Shown: one piece after another, positions 54,285-63,270 of the stretch
Layout of the letters: the number at the start of each line of letters is the position of its first letter
Position numbering within the stretch: position 1 is the stretch's first letter
Sequence record: MZ311864.1
Strand: one strand, 5' to 3'
Origin: Escherichia phage vB_EcoM_LNA4
DNA length: 64,000 nt
Notes under the pieces: generated by a model
The model's database searches: none
Told to the model about the DNA's origin: nothing
The model's input: the letters and a program-made list of their open reading frames with translations, nothing else
Program-made: the position numbers and the translations under genes

Positions 54285-54313
54285 TTGCAAAAGATTGTTT
54301 TCACTGATAAAGT
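54285..54313 (+). promoter_or_regulatory. sigma70-like promoter
   Basis: TTGCAA, 17-bp spacer, TAAAGT upstream of tRNA at 54322. Confidence 0.3.
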
Positions 54314-54321
54314 AATTACAT

Positions 54322-54410
54322 GGTTCTTTGACCGAGAGGCCGATGGTAGCAGGCTGTTAACCTGCCTGGAGTAATCCACGACGAAGGTTCGAATCCTTCA
54401 GGAACCGCCA
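54322..54410 (+). tRNA. tRNA with GTT anticodon (Asn) and long variable arm
   Basis: Canonical loop CTGTTAA on GCAGG/CCTGC stem, 17-nt variable arm with TGGA/TCCA stem, T-arm GAAGGTTCGAATCCTTC, G73, CCA. Confidence 0.6.
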
Positions 54411-54443
54411 AATTAGGTGATACGCTACCTTAAGTGCGAACTT

Positions 54444-54520
54444 GAAAATTAATGGGGCCGTGGCTGACAAGGTAATGGTGCCGCACTGTCTATGCGGAAA
54501 ATGAGGGTTCGATCCCCTTC
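54444..54520 (+). tRNA. tRNA-Asp (GTC)
   Basis: Loop CTGTCTA on CCGCA/TGCGG stem, T-arm GAGGGTTCGATCCCCTT, CCA. Confidence 0.6.
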
Positions 54521-54713
54521 GGTCTCGCCAATTTGATATGTTGATGTAAATTGCCGGAAGGCACTCAAAATGAGTTCGACATATCAAACCAAATACGCTC
54601 TTGCAGGAAAGGTTAGCCTCCCTGCAATGTCACACTAGGTGATCAGAGCGGATCAAATTAGCTAGCCAGCGATACCAGTTGCAGTGTCTGGGACAATTAA
54701 AATTCTGCACCTT

Positions 54714-54791
54714 CGGAGCGTAGCGCAGTCTGGTCAGCGTGGGAGCCTTGGATGCTCTGGGTCGCAGGTTCGAATCCTGCCGCTCCGACCA
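54714..54791 (+). tRNA. tRNA-Pro (TGG)
   Basis: Loop CTTGGAT, T-arm GCAGGTTCGAATCCTGC, CCA. Confidence 0.8.
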
Positions 54792-54796
54792 ATTTA

Positions 54797-54872
54797 GCAG
54801 GTATAGTTCAACTGGACAGAGCATCAGTTTACGAAGCTGAGAATCGGGGTTCGAATCCCTGTATCTGCACCA
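54797..54872 (+). tRNA. tRNA-Arg (ACG)
   Basis: Loop TTACGAA, T-arm CGGGGTTCGAATCCCTG, CCA. Confidence 0.8.
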
Positions 54873-54907
54873 AATTAAGGCTTGGATTTCTTCGGACCCA
54901 AGCGCAC

Positions 54908-54984
54908 GGGCGATTGATGGAATTGGTATACGTGTCGGATTTAGATTCCGAATTTTGGGGGTTCGAGTCCCCTGTCGCCCACCA
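54908..54984 (+). tRNA. tRNA-Leu (TAG), short variable arm
   Basis: Loop TTTAGAT on TCGGA/TCCGA stem, A73, T-arm GGGGGTTCGAGTCCCCT, CCA; no long variable arm. Confidence 0.6.
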
Positions 54985-54991
54985 ATCCTTC

Positions 54992-55067
54992 GGGACTGTA
55001 GCTCAGTTGGTAGAGCACCTGATTGAAGATCAGGGTGTCGGTGGTTCGAATCCACTCGGTCCCGCCA
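54992..55067 (+). tRNA. tRNA-Phe (GAA)
   Basis: Loop TTGAAGA on CCTGA/TCAGG stem, T-arm GGTGGTTCGAATCCACT, CCA. Confidence 0.8.
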
Positions 55068-55073
55068 AATAAT

Positions 55074-55146
55074 TGCGAGCTAGAATTCTGGTGAATTCAC
55101 GAGTCTCATAAGCTTGTTCAGAGGGGTTCGATTCCGCTGCTCGCAA
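55074..55146 (+). tRNA. tRNA with CAT anticodon (Met or Ile2), no encoded CCA
   Basis: Perfect acceptor TGCGAGC/GCTCGCA, loop CTCATAA, T-loop TTCGATT; 3' end lacks CCA. Confidence 0.6.
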
Positions 55147-55163
55147 CTAACAGAGGACTTAAT

Positions 55164-55628
55164 GTGAAGATTTGTGGCAAGTGCAAAATAGAAAAAGACT
55201 TTGACCAGTTCCATAAGAAAGGAAAAGGTTATAATCATATTTGCAAAGTTTGCCGCAAAGAGTACATTAAGGATCACTACGAGAAGAACAAAGACGCTTA
55301 CAAGTCAAGATCTAAATCGTGGAAAGAAAACAATCCTCATCGTGTTATAGCTACACGATATGGTGTTGACGAAGATGTTGTTAAAGAAATAATGTCTGTC
55401 GGTAAATGCCAAATTTGCTCATCAACTGAAAACCTCGTGTTCGACCATGTTCACAAAACAAGCGAGCCTAGAGGTTGTTTGTGTCACTCATGCAATACAA
55501 TGCTTGGTCGTCTTGGTGATACTGAAGAACAAATCTTTAAGCGTATGGAAGCTATAAAATCTTATCTTACGCATCCAAAACAATGGGGTATCCAGGAACA
55601 GTCCTGCACCGTAAGTGTCCCTCAGTAG
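55164..55628 (+). CDS. endonuclease VII-like / HNH endonuclease
   Basis: CGKCK...CKVCRKEY and CQICSSTENLVFDHVH...CLCHSCNTMLG Zn/HNH-type motifs; directly follows tRNA array. Confidence 0.55.
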   Translation: MKICGKCKIEKDFDQFHKKGKGYNHICKVCRKEYIKDHYEKNKDAYKSRSKSWKENNPHRVIATRYGVDEDVVKEIMSVGKCQICSSTENLVFDHVHKTSEPRGCLCHSCNTMLGRLGDTEEQIFKRMEAIKSYLTHPKQWGIQEQSCTVSVPQ

Positions 55629-55837
55629 GGAACACCCCACCAATTCAAAGTGGACACTAAGGAAGGTTTCGGCTGTGGAAACGGTTAGACACCCTCGACG
55701 AGTAAAATCCCTTCGCCACTTTTCATATTCTAATAATAATAAATATTCAATCTCCTCTCCTTTGCCTCGCCCCGCTCTTGCGGGGCTTTTCTTTTTCTGG
55801 TACACTCCAATGGTTAACTAAACCAAAGGAGAAAACC

Positions 55838-57262
55838 ATGCTTCATATCTACCCAAAAGAAGACTTCCAACGTGAATTCAACATCCTCAAAAGCCTGATC
55901 CCGAAAGGTGTGTATGAGATCCTTAAGCGCCTCGATGCTCGTGTTGCAGGTGGTACGCTGACATCACTTTTCTCTAACCGGGAAGTGAATGACCTTGATC
56001 TCTATTTCCCATCCTGGGAGAATCTTGAGGTTTTTCTGGCATACATGACTGATCGTGGACTCTTGGTTGGGGACAGCGATCTTACCCCAACTTCAAACAA
56101 CTGGGGCAACTCGAAGCGTTCATTCGTATACTTCCTTGAACTTGACAAGCCGGGTAGCCATAAAGACTACGTGAATGCCTTGGTATGCGAAAGAAAAGAA
56201 CGACCACCTACAGAGCTTTCAGCTAGCCAGCTTTCAAAGCTTTATTCTTTGCTTGAATCTCGTAATGGCAATGTTTTCAAGGCCATTCAAAAGGCCTCGG
56301 AAGATAACAACCCCGACACCATCTACAATCTGGGGATGACTGATAAGAGCGTCATGTTCACCAATCAATCCTCTCCCGTTATGCAGGTGATCGCATTTGA
56401 TGTTTTTGCTGATGCAGAGGCGATCTTTAACAAGTTCGATTTCACGATCAATATGGGCTGTTTTAGCTTTGCAAGCGAGAAATGGGAGTTTGATAGTCGC
56501 TTCCTGAAACACTTGGCTCAGAAAGTTCTGGTGATTAACCCAGGCACTGATTACCCCATTATCAGTATGCTACGCTCTGATAAGTATCGCGCCCGTGGCT
56601 ACACGATCTCTCGTCGAGAAACAATGAAGCTTGGTATTGCAGCGTCAGGACTTAAAATCGAGTCGTGGGAAGATGCCAAGGCACATTTGAGCGGGATGTA
56701 TGGTACAAACGTTGAAGACTTATTCAATGAAACAAGACCATTTTCATTTGATCTGTTATTTGATAAACTAGATTCAGCGGGGGATTATCTGATCGCCTCT
56801 ATCGCAACTGAATCCGAAAAAGGACAGTTCAGCAGATATCGTGGTCTGAAACCAGAGAACATCTTTACTATGTATCAACGGTTACGTATCAACACCGGGC
56901 GTCCACATTTCTCTAAGCTGTGGGGTGTCTGTCCGGCAGAGAACTTCTATTTGATGCAGGCCAACAATCCGCAACAGGCCGTTGGTCTTCTTGAGACAAA
57001 ACCTGCTGATAAACTCCTCAAGTACATGAACGTTTATATTGATGAGAAAGAGGCGTATGACGTTTACAAATCGTGGGGAGAGAAAGGAAAGACAGGGAGA
57101 TGGGGCGACAGATTATCAAAACCGGGGGCTGTGCTTCTGGAGGTCACTGTCCTTGACCCAACGAAAATCGCCTATGACGATGCACAGATTGACATTTTAG
57201 ATGATGAAGAAACGCTTCTGAAAATAGAGCGGCTTATTGAATCTAACGGGGATATTTCATGA
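55838..57262 (+). CDS. hypothetical protein with CCA/poly(A)-polymerase-like nucleotidyltransferase head motif
   Basis: DARVAGGTLTSLFSNREVNDLDLYF resembles GG...DxD NTase head; start at MLHIY with AAAGGAGAA RBS. Confidence 0.45.
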   Translation: MLHIYPKEDFQREFNILKSLIPKGVYEILKRLDARVAGGTLTSLFSNREVNDLDLYFPSWENLEVFLAYMTDRGLLVGDSDLTPTSNNWGNSKRSFVYFLELDKPGSHKDYVNALVCERKERPPTELSASQLSKLYSLLESRNGNVFKAIQKASEDNNPDTIYNLGMTDKSVMFTNQSSPVMQVIAFDVFADAEAIFNKFDFTINMGCFSFASEKWEFDSRFLKHLAQKVLVINPGTDYPIISMLRSDKYRARGYTISRRETMKLGIAASGLKIESWEDAKAHLSGMYGTNVEDLFNETRPFSFDLLFDKLDSAGDYLIASIATESEKGQFSRYRGLKPENIFTMYQRLRINTGRPHFSKLWGVCPAENFYLMQANNPQQAVGLLETKPADKLLKYMNVYIDEKEAYDVYKSWGEKGKTGRWGDRLSKPGAVLLEVTVLDPTKIAYDDAQIDILDDEETLLKIERLIESNGDIS

Positions 57263-57663
57263 CAGACATATTGAACATGGTGATTTCCTTTATCAGGAAT
57301 AATACCAAACTGGTAGTTGCAGCATTCTTAGCCATTGCCCTGTTGTCCGGGGCAGTTTACACTAAACACTGGTACAACGACCAGATTACAGCATCTTATA
57401 ATCGTGGTGTGAAGGATACCGATGATAAGTGGGTCGCTAAACAACAAGAGAACAAGAATGCTAACCATGACTACAAAGACAATCAGCAGAAAGCTTCTGA
57501 TGAGTTGAGTAAACAACTTGAAGAAGAGAGGGCGAAGAATGCGAAGTTGCAGTCAGAGCTTGACAAGAAACAGGTCGCCTATCAGAACTCCGATAATGGG
57601 AAGAAGAAGGGTCTGGACAATGACTTTGTGGACATCTACAACGAGAGCCTGGGGTTGAAATGA
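57259..57663 (+). CDS. i-spanin (Rz-like)
   Basis: N-terminal transmembrane helix then charged coiled-coil periplasmic domain; ATGA overlap with next gene. Confidence 0.5.
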   Translation: MTDILNMVISFIRNNTKLVVAAFLAIALLSGAVYTKHWYNDQITASYNRGVKDTDDKWVAKQQENKNANHDYKDNQQKASDELSKQLEEERAKNAKLQSELDKKQVAYQNSDNGKKKGLDNDFVDIYNESLGLK

Positions 57664-57950
57664 GAAAGACAATCATAGCCGTATTGGTCGCTACAGCGCT
57701 TGTTAGCGGGTGCAGAAATCCTCCTGAAGTCGTACCTGTTGTGCAAAAGTTTAACCCGGCAGAGGTGCTAGCGAAGCCCCCTGCTGGGGCAATGGTTGAC
57801 CCTGTTGAACCAACACCACTCCCTTATGGTGCAGACAACTCGGTAAACAGTGCGATCATGAAGAAGAATAACATTGACGGAGCCAATGACCGTAGCAAAC
57901 TACGCATACTCCAGCAATATATCCGAAACATATTTGATCCTAAAAAGTAA
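57660..57950 (+). CDS. o-spanin (Rz1-like outer-membrane lipoprotein)
   Basis: Signal peptide with lipobox LVSGC, Pro-rich mature region, 96 aa. Confidence 0.55.
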   Translation: MRKTIIAVLVATALVSGCRNPPEVVPVVQKFNPAEVLAKPPAGAMVDPVEPTPLPYGADNSVNSAIMKKNNIDGANDRSKLRILQQYIRNIFDPKK

Positions 57951-57959
57951 TTGACAAGG

Positions 57960-57990
57960 CCCTTATTTTATGATAAGGGCTTTATTTTTA
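57960..57990 (+). terminator. rho-independent terminator
   Basis: GCCCTTAT...ATAAGGGC hairpin followed by TTTATTTTT. Confidence 0.6.
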
Positions 57991-58049
57991 TCAGGTTTCA
58001 TGGTAAACTACCTCCTATAGGCCAATTTAAGGCACAAAATGGAGGTCTT

Positions 58050-59549
58050 TTGAGTAAAACATTCGGACCTGCCAGCCCCAAGCAGAAAATGATCCTGGAA
58101 AACAACGCACAAATCCTGATCATTGGGGGTGCGGCGGGGTCAGGTAAATCTTACCTGCTTCAATTGATGCCTCTCAACATTATCGACGACCCAAGAACGA
58201 ACTGCATTATGTTCCGTAGAAACACCCCTCAGTTGAAGGGTGGTGGTGGTCTGTATGATACTGCACGAGGCATCTACACACAGCTTGCTCCTGAATGGAA
58301 GCCACGCTTCAGGGAGAAAGACCTTGAGGCAATTTTCCCTTCCGGTGCGAAAGTTAAGTGGTCCCACATGGAATATGAGAAAGATAAGTATTCTCACCAG
58401 GGTCTGCAATATACCTTTGTAGGGTTTGACGAAGGAACACAGTTTGAATGGTCTCAGATCGAATACCTTATGTCTCGTCTTCGTTCTGAATCCAAATACC
58501 CAAGCCGCATGGTTATCTCCTGTAACCCCGACCCAGACCACAAGATCAAAGAGTTGATCGAATGGTATCTTGATGATGATGGGTTCCCGATCCCTGAGCG
58601 TGACGGTGTTATCCGTTGGTTCATTCGCCGTGATGGTGAATTCATTTGGGGGGAAACTGCGGAGGAGTTGATCGAGAAATATTGGGACGGTGTGGATGTT
58701 CGTAAGAAGCCAAAGCCCCTGTCCTTCTCATTCATCAGTGCGACTATCTTTGATAACCCACCGATGCTTGACAATAACCCGGATTACCTTGCCTTCCTTG
58801 AAGGTCTCCCAGAGATCGAAAAGGCACAGCTACTCCACGGTAACTGGAAGGTTCGCCCTGAAGGTGCAAACTATTTCCAGCGATCCTATTTGAAAGAAGT
58901 TCCTTGCCTTCCTTTGGGTGTGACATCAGTCCGTCCTTATGACAAGGCAGGCACAGAGAGAACCTCTGGCAACAGATATCCCGACTTTACCGCATCTGTT
59001 AAGGTGAGTAAAGATAGTGACGGGTTCTACTACCTGTCTGGTGACTATTGCCCTGAATTCGTTGATGACGGAATGTATTCAACGCAAACACAAGGTCGTT
59101 TCTGTAAAAAAGCTGGTGAACGAGATGTTATCATTAAGAAGCAAGCCCACTTTGATGGTGATGACGTTGTTATCATTTTCAACGTTGACCCAGGTCAGGC
59201 TGGCATTAGTGAGTTCACAACAAGTTCCCGTGAGCTTCTTGCTGAAGGATTTATCGTAGAACGAGATCCTACACCGGGTAACAAATCAAAACTTACACGC
59301 TTCACTCCATTTGCAAAACTGGCCCAGTCTGGCATGGTGCGTATCGTAAGAGATAGCTTTGATGCTAAAACTTACGAAGCCCTTATGACCGAACTTGAGA
59401 AGTTTAATGGAGAGCGAAGTACAACAACCCGTAAGGATGACTGGGCTGACTGCGTGGCTTCAGGTATTAACTACCTTGAGAAGAACGAAGTCATCAGACC
59501 TGTTGTAATCCCGAAAATTGTTGCTCCGACCTTGTATAAAAGACTTTAA
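58050..59549 (+). CDS. terminase large subunit
   Basis: Walker A ILIIGGAAGSGKSYLLQ; about 500 aa; probable TTG start after GGAGG; ORF-track ATG at 57951 lies in the terminator. Confidence 0.8.
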   Translation: MSKTFGPASPKQKMILENNAQILIIGGAAGSGKSYLLQLMPLNIIDDPRTNCIMFRRNTPQLKGGGGLYDTARGIYTQLAPEWKPRFREKDLEAIFPSGAKVKWSHMEYEKDKYSHQGLQYTFVGFDEGTQFEWSQIEYLMSRLRSESKYPSRMVISCNPDPDHKIKELIEWYLDDDGFPIPERDGVIRWFIRRDGEFIWGETAEELIEKYWDGVDVRKKPKPLSFSFISATIFDNPPMLDNNPDYLAFLEGLPEIEKAQLLHGNWKVRPEGANYFQRSYLKEVPCLPLGVTSVRPYDKAGTERTSGNRYPDFTASVKVSKDSDGFYYLSGDYCPEFVDDGMYSTQTQGRFCKKAGERDVIIKKQAHFDGDDVVIIFNVDPGQAGISEFTTSSRELLAEGFIVERDPTPGNKSKLTRFTPFAKLAQSGMVRIVRDSFDAKTYEALMTELEKFNGERSTTTRKDDWADCVASGINYLEKNEVIRPVVIPKIVAPTLYKRL

Positions 59550-59564
59550 CAGAGGGGATAACTC

Positions 59565-61115
59565 GTGTCAACAAGATTTGCACAACCAGGGGCGGTTGTA
59601 AAGGCAGGGAATGAAAACCTTGCTGTTAGCCGCCTCCGTACCGGGGAATTAGGCTCTGGTGCTCTCTCCCAGCTTCGTGCAGAGTCCGAAGTGATGAAGG
59701 TAGAAGAGCTACGCTGGCCTTGCTTCCTAGCTACCGTAGAGGCGATGAAACAGGATCATACTGTCTCCACGGCGCTTGATACGAAATACGTATTCGTAAC
59801 CAAAGCATTCAACGATTTTAAAATCCTGTTTAATCGTGATAGTAAAGCTTCCAAAGATGCCGCAGAGTTTGTAGAGTACGCCCTGAAGAACCTTGCTAAC
59901 CAGCAAACTCTTCGTGACGTTGCTCGTAGTGCAGCAACTTTCAACGAATATGGTTTCTCCATCTTTGAGAAAGTATACCGTACTGAATCTGCTCCGTCAA
60001 AGTATGCAGGCTACATCACAATTGATAAGATTGCTTTCCGTCCTCAGTCAAGTCTTTCACGTTACAAACCTTGGGTTTTTGACGATGATGGTCGCACACT
60101 GAAAGGAATCTACCAAAGCAAACTGGCTTTTGCTAATTTCCAGAACGGACTGACTCAAGTATCATCTGCCATGACCTTGGTGACAAACTTAACATCCAAT
60201 GCTGATGAAGTGTTTATCCCAATCAACAAATTGATGGTTATGAGCCTTGGTGGTACAGAATCTAACCCGGCGGGTGTTTCTCCTCTGGTTGGGTGTTATC
60301 GTGCTTTCCGTGAGAAGATTCTGATTGAGAACCTTGAGACCATTGGTGCTTCTAAAGACCTCGGTGGTATCATCGAACTTAAAATCCCTTCTCAGATCCT
60401 GAACAAAGCGGCAATGGACCCTAAATCCCCAGAAGCTGATATGGTTCAAGGATTAATGGCTGACGCTGCAAACGCACACGCAGGTGAGCAGGCTTACTTC
60501 ATCCTCCCTTCAGATATGAACGCTCAGGGTGGGGAACAGTACAAGATGGCCCTCAAAGGCATTGACGGTGCTGGTAAGCAGTATAGCACACAAGAATTGG
60601 TGAACTCACGTAAGAAGGCGATCCTTGACCGCTTTGGTGCTGGCTTCATTAACCTTGGTAACGATGGTCAGGGTTCCTACAACCTGTCAGAATCCAAGCA
60701 ATCTATCCACGGTCACTTCGTTCAACGCGATATCGACATCATTGTTGAAGCGTTCAACAAGAACCTGATCCCACAGCTTCTGGCACTGAATGACATTCGT
60801 CTTTCTGATGAAGACATGCCAAAACTGAAGCCAGGTCTGATTCAAGAAGTGGATATGGAAGGCTTCTCTAAATTTGTTCAGCGTATCGGTGCTGTTGGAT
60901 ATCTTCCTAAGACTCCTACAGTTATCAACAAGATCCTTGAGGTCGGTGGCTTCGATGAAGAAATCCCGGAGGACATGTCCACTGAAGAACTTATGAAGCT
61001 GCTCGGAGAGGATACTAGCCGCTCCGGTGATGGTATGGGTGCAGGCACATCCGGAAATGGAACAGCGAAAATCTCTTCGAAAAGAGACAATTCTACTTCC
61101 AATATGGATAATTAA
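59565..61115 (+). CDS. portal protein (by position and size)
   Basis: 516-aa ORF immediately after terminase; acidic C-terminus. Confidence 0.55.
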   Translation: MSTRFAQPGAVVKAGNENLAVSRLRTGELGSGALSQLRAESEVMKVEELRWPCFLATVEAMKQDHTVSTALDTKYVFVTKAFNDFKILFNRDSKASKDAAEFVEYALKNLANQQTLRDVARSAATFNEYGFSIFEKVYRTESAPSKYAGYITIDKIAFRPQSSLSRYKPWVFDDDGRTLKGIYQSKLAFANFQNGLTQVSSAMTLVTNLTSNADEVFIPINKLMVMSLGGTESNPAGVSPLVGCYRAFREKILIENLETIGASKDLGGIIELKIPSQILNKAAMDPKSPEADMVQGLMADAANAHAGEQAYFILPSDMNAQGGEQYKMALKGIDGAGKQYSTQELVNSRKKAILDRFGAGFINLGNDGQGSYNLSESKQSIHGHFVQRDIDIIVEAFNKNLIPQLLALNDIRLSDEDMPKLKPGLIQEVDMEGFSKFVQRIGAVGYLPKTPTVINKILEVGGFDEEIPEDMSTEELMKLLGEDTSRSGDGMGAGTSGNGTAKISSKRDNSTSNMDN

Positions 61116-61181
61116 TTTCAACTTACTGAAATAGCTTGCAAAAGAAAATGAACGGTGTTAAAATAACTATCAACGGGGAAA

Positions 61182-61811
61182 ATGATGAAATACACAAGTA
61201 TTGCTGACCTTCCTGCATCGGTATCTGATCTGTCTCTCGTTCAGAAGAGCAAGGTACTGAATATTGCAAATGGCCTGATTGCTTCAGGCCAATCTCCTGA
61301 AGCCGCTATCGAGAAGGCTTCCAAAGACGTTCTAAACGTGAACGTTAAAACTGAAATCAACAAGTCAACCTCTGTTGTAAGCGTTCAGAAAGACGCTGGA
61401 GAGCAGATGATTTCCTACGAAGTCATTTACGAACCAGACGCCAAAGACGCTCACGGCGAATGGATGTCTGCTGAGACAATCGCTAAAGCAAAGCAGTCTT
61501 TTGATAAGGCACACGAAGCTGGCATTGTTAAAGAGAACCTCTTCCACATGGTTGAGACTGACTCTTTCACAATCGAGAAGACTTGGATTCAGGAAGAATT
61601 TGATGTGGTGGTTATCGGGACCGAGCAGGTAATTAAGGCTGGCACCTGGGTAGCTAAAGTTAAATATAACGACCCTGTTCTCTGGGACCTGAAAAAGTCT
61701 AACGTTGTTGGTGGTCTAAGCATTCAGTGCTCCGGCTCTATCGACAAAGAAACAGGTGAGATCACCAATGTTGATTTCGGTGTCGAATATGTTGAGGAAG
61801 ATGGCGAATGA
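61182..61811 (+). CDS. prohead protease (by position)
   Basis: 209 aa between portal and scaffold, the position of a T4 gp21-type protease; no strong motif. Confidence 0.4.
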   Translation: MMKYTSIADLPASVSDLSLVQKSKVLNIANGLIASGQSPEAAIEKASKDVLNVNVKTEINKSTSVVSVQKDAGEQMISYEVIYEPDAKDAHGEWMSAETIAKAKQSFDKAHEAGIVKENLFHMVETDSFTIEKTWIQEEFDVVVIGTEQVIKAGTWVAKVKYNDPVLWDLKKSNVVGGLSIQCSGSIDKETGEITNVDFGVEYVEEDGE

Positions 61812-62809
61812 CAATTGCTAAAGCCAAAGCCATTAAAGAGAAAGGTATCGCACTCTGCCACGAGAGTCAAGGATTTTCTGCAAACCTGAGACCAGTGTCA
61901 CTTCTGATGAAGTCTGACCTGAAGCCAGAACAGATTACCGAAGACGTTATCAAGGCATTGCAGCAAGTTACTGTCTCTATGAGCTTTGAAGAGTTCCTGC
62001 GTAGATTCTTCTATATGTGGAGTGATGACGCTGAACTGCTTACCAAGCTGTTAGGCTTTGAAACTGAACTTGAAAATGAAGCTGCTGAAAATCCTGACGA
62101 TGAGTGGGTCCAAGCTTGGAATGCACAACATCAGGAATGGCTTGAAGAACGTATGGAGTCAATCTCCATTGCGAAAGCTGCAAACAGCGGTGAGAAAATC
62201 GACCTTGTTAAACAGTACGAACTGCTGAAGCTTCAGCAACTGTTTGAGAAAGGCGTAAGCGAATTAGGCCTGACCTTCACAGAAGGTGAGTCCAAAGATC
62301 TCCAGGTAACTGGGGTCGTCAAAGAAGCAGGTACTGACCCTGTAATTGATACATCCAAAGAAAATAAGGAGACCTCAGTGTCCGATAATGTTACTGATGT
62401 AACCAAGTCTCAAGAATACCTTGACCTGGTTAAGCAACTGGAAGATGCCAAAGCGAAAGCTGCTGCTGCTGATGAAATTATCAAGGCTGCGGAGCAAGTA
62501 GAAAAGAATGCTGCTCTGGCTAAAGCGAAAGGTTTCACCTTTGCTGCTGAAGCTGACCACGCATCACTGGCCGATTTCATCATCGAAAAAGCTAATGCCC
62601 CGGTAGTAGCTCTTCTGGAAAAAGCTCAGGCTCGTATTAGCGAACTGGAAACAGAAGTTGAAACCGTGAAGAAAGAATTCAGCACTGCTGAACACGGATC
62701 TGGTGCTGAAGCGCCTGTTGATGACATCAACAAGTCTGCTGAAGACATTCTGAAAGCAAACATCGAGAAAGCGAAAGCTCGCGCTCGTGAAGCTGCACAA
62801 AACGCCTAA
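61808..62809 (+). CDS. scaffolding protein
   Basis: 333 aa, highly acidic, Ala/Glu/Lys-rich coiled coil; ATGA overlap with upstream gene. Confidence 0.5.
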   Translation: MTIAKAKAIKEKGIALCHESQGFSANLRPVSLLMKSDLKPEQITEDVIKALQQVTVSMSFEEFLRRFFYMWSDDAELLTKLLGFETELENEAAENPDDEWVQAWNAQHQEWLEERMESISIAKAANSGEKIDLVKQYELLKLQQLFEKGVSELGLTFTEGESKDLQVTGVVKEAGTDPVIDTSKENKETSVSDNVTDVTKSQEYLDLVKQLEDAKAKAAAADEIIKAAEQVEKNAALAKAKGFTFAAEADHASLADFIIEKANAPVVALLEKAQARISELETEVETVKKEFSTAEHGSGAEAPVDDINKSAEDILKANIEKAKARAREAAQNA

Positions 62810-62829
62810 TATCGAGGAGATTTAAATAA

Positions 62830-63249
62830 ATGGCTAATCCAATCCAAGGGTACTACTCTGACATCGTTCTGGGTAAAGTGGACTCTTCTGACCAGGGCTA
62901 CAGCTTCCTGGAAATGGAAATCACCTACAGCGCTGGCCTGAAGGCTGGTATGATCGTTAAGGCAGACGGTACTCTGGCTGCAACTGGCGATGCTGCAAGT
63001 GCATTTGGTGTGATCACCGACCGTGACCTTGTTCCTGCGTATGACGCTCCGCGTCCTTTCGTAGTGGGACAGAAGTACAACTTCGTCGTGGCTGTTCGTG
63101 GTCTGACCCTGAACAAATTCAAACTGTTTTTCGCTGACGGTACTACTGCAATCAACGCTGCCGCTATCGCTGCTCTTGAGGCCAAAGGTCTGAAGATCAC
63201 TGATAAATATTACGACGGTTCCGTTGAGATCCCAGTAACGTCTATCTAA
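62830..63249 (+). CDS. head-associated protein
   Basis: 139-aa ORF with strong RBS between scaffold and capsid genes. Confidence 0.4.
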   Translation: MANPIQGYYSDIVLGKVDSSDQGYSFLEMEITYSAGLKAGMIVKADGTLAATGDAASAFGVITDRDLVPAYDAPRPFVVGQKYNFVVAVRGLTLNKFKLFFADGTTAINAAAIAALEAKGLKITDKYYDGSVEIPVTSI

Positions 63250-63270
63250 TCTACACCAAGGAGAATAACA

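Noticed and set aside
54630-55055. 141-aa minus-strand ORF, and similar ORFs across 51873-54587
   Set aside because: They span several tRNA genes and their translations are the typical reverse-complement readout of T-arms (for example GFEPSTFG). Artefacts of ORF calling over tRNA genes.
57951-58049. ORF-track ATG start of the terminase gene at 57951
   Set aside because: The first 33 codons overlap a strong terminator hairpin and T-run; the Walker-A protein more plausibly starts at TTG 58050 after GGAGG.
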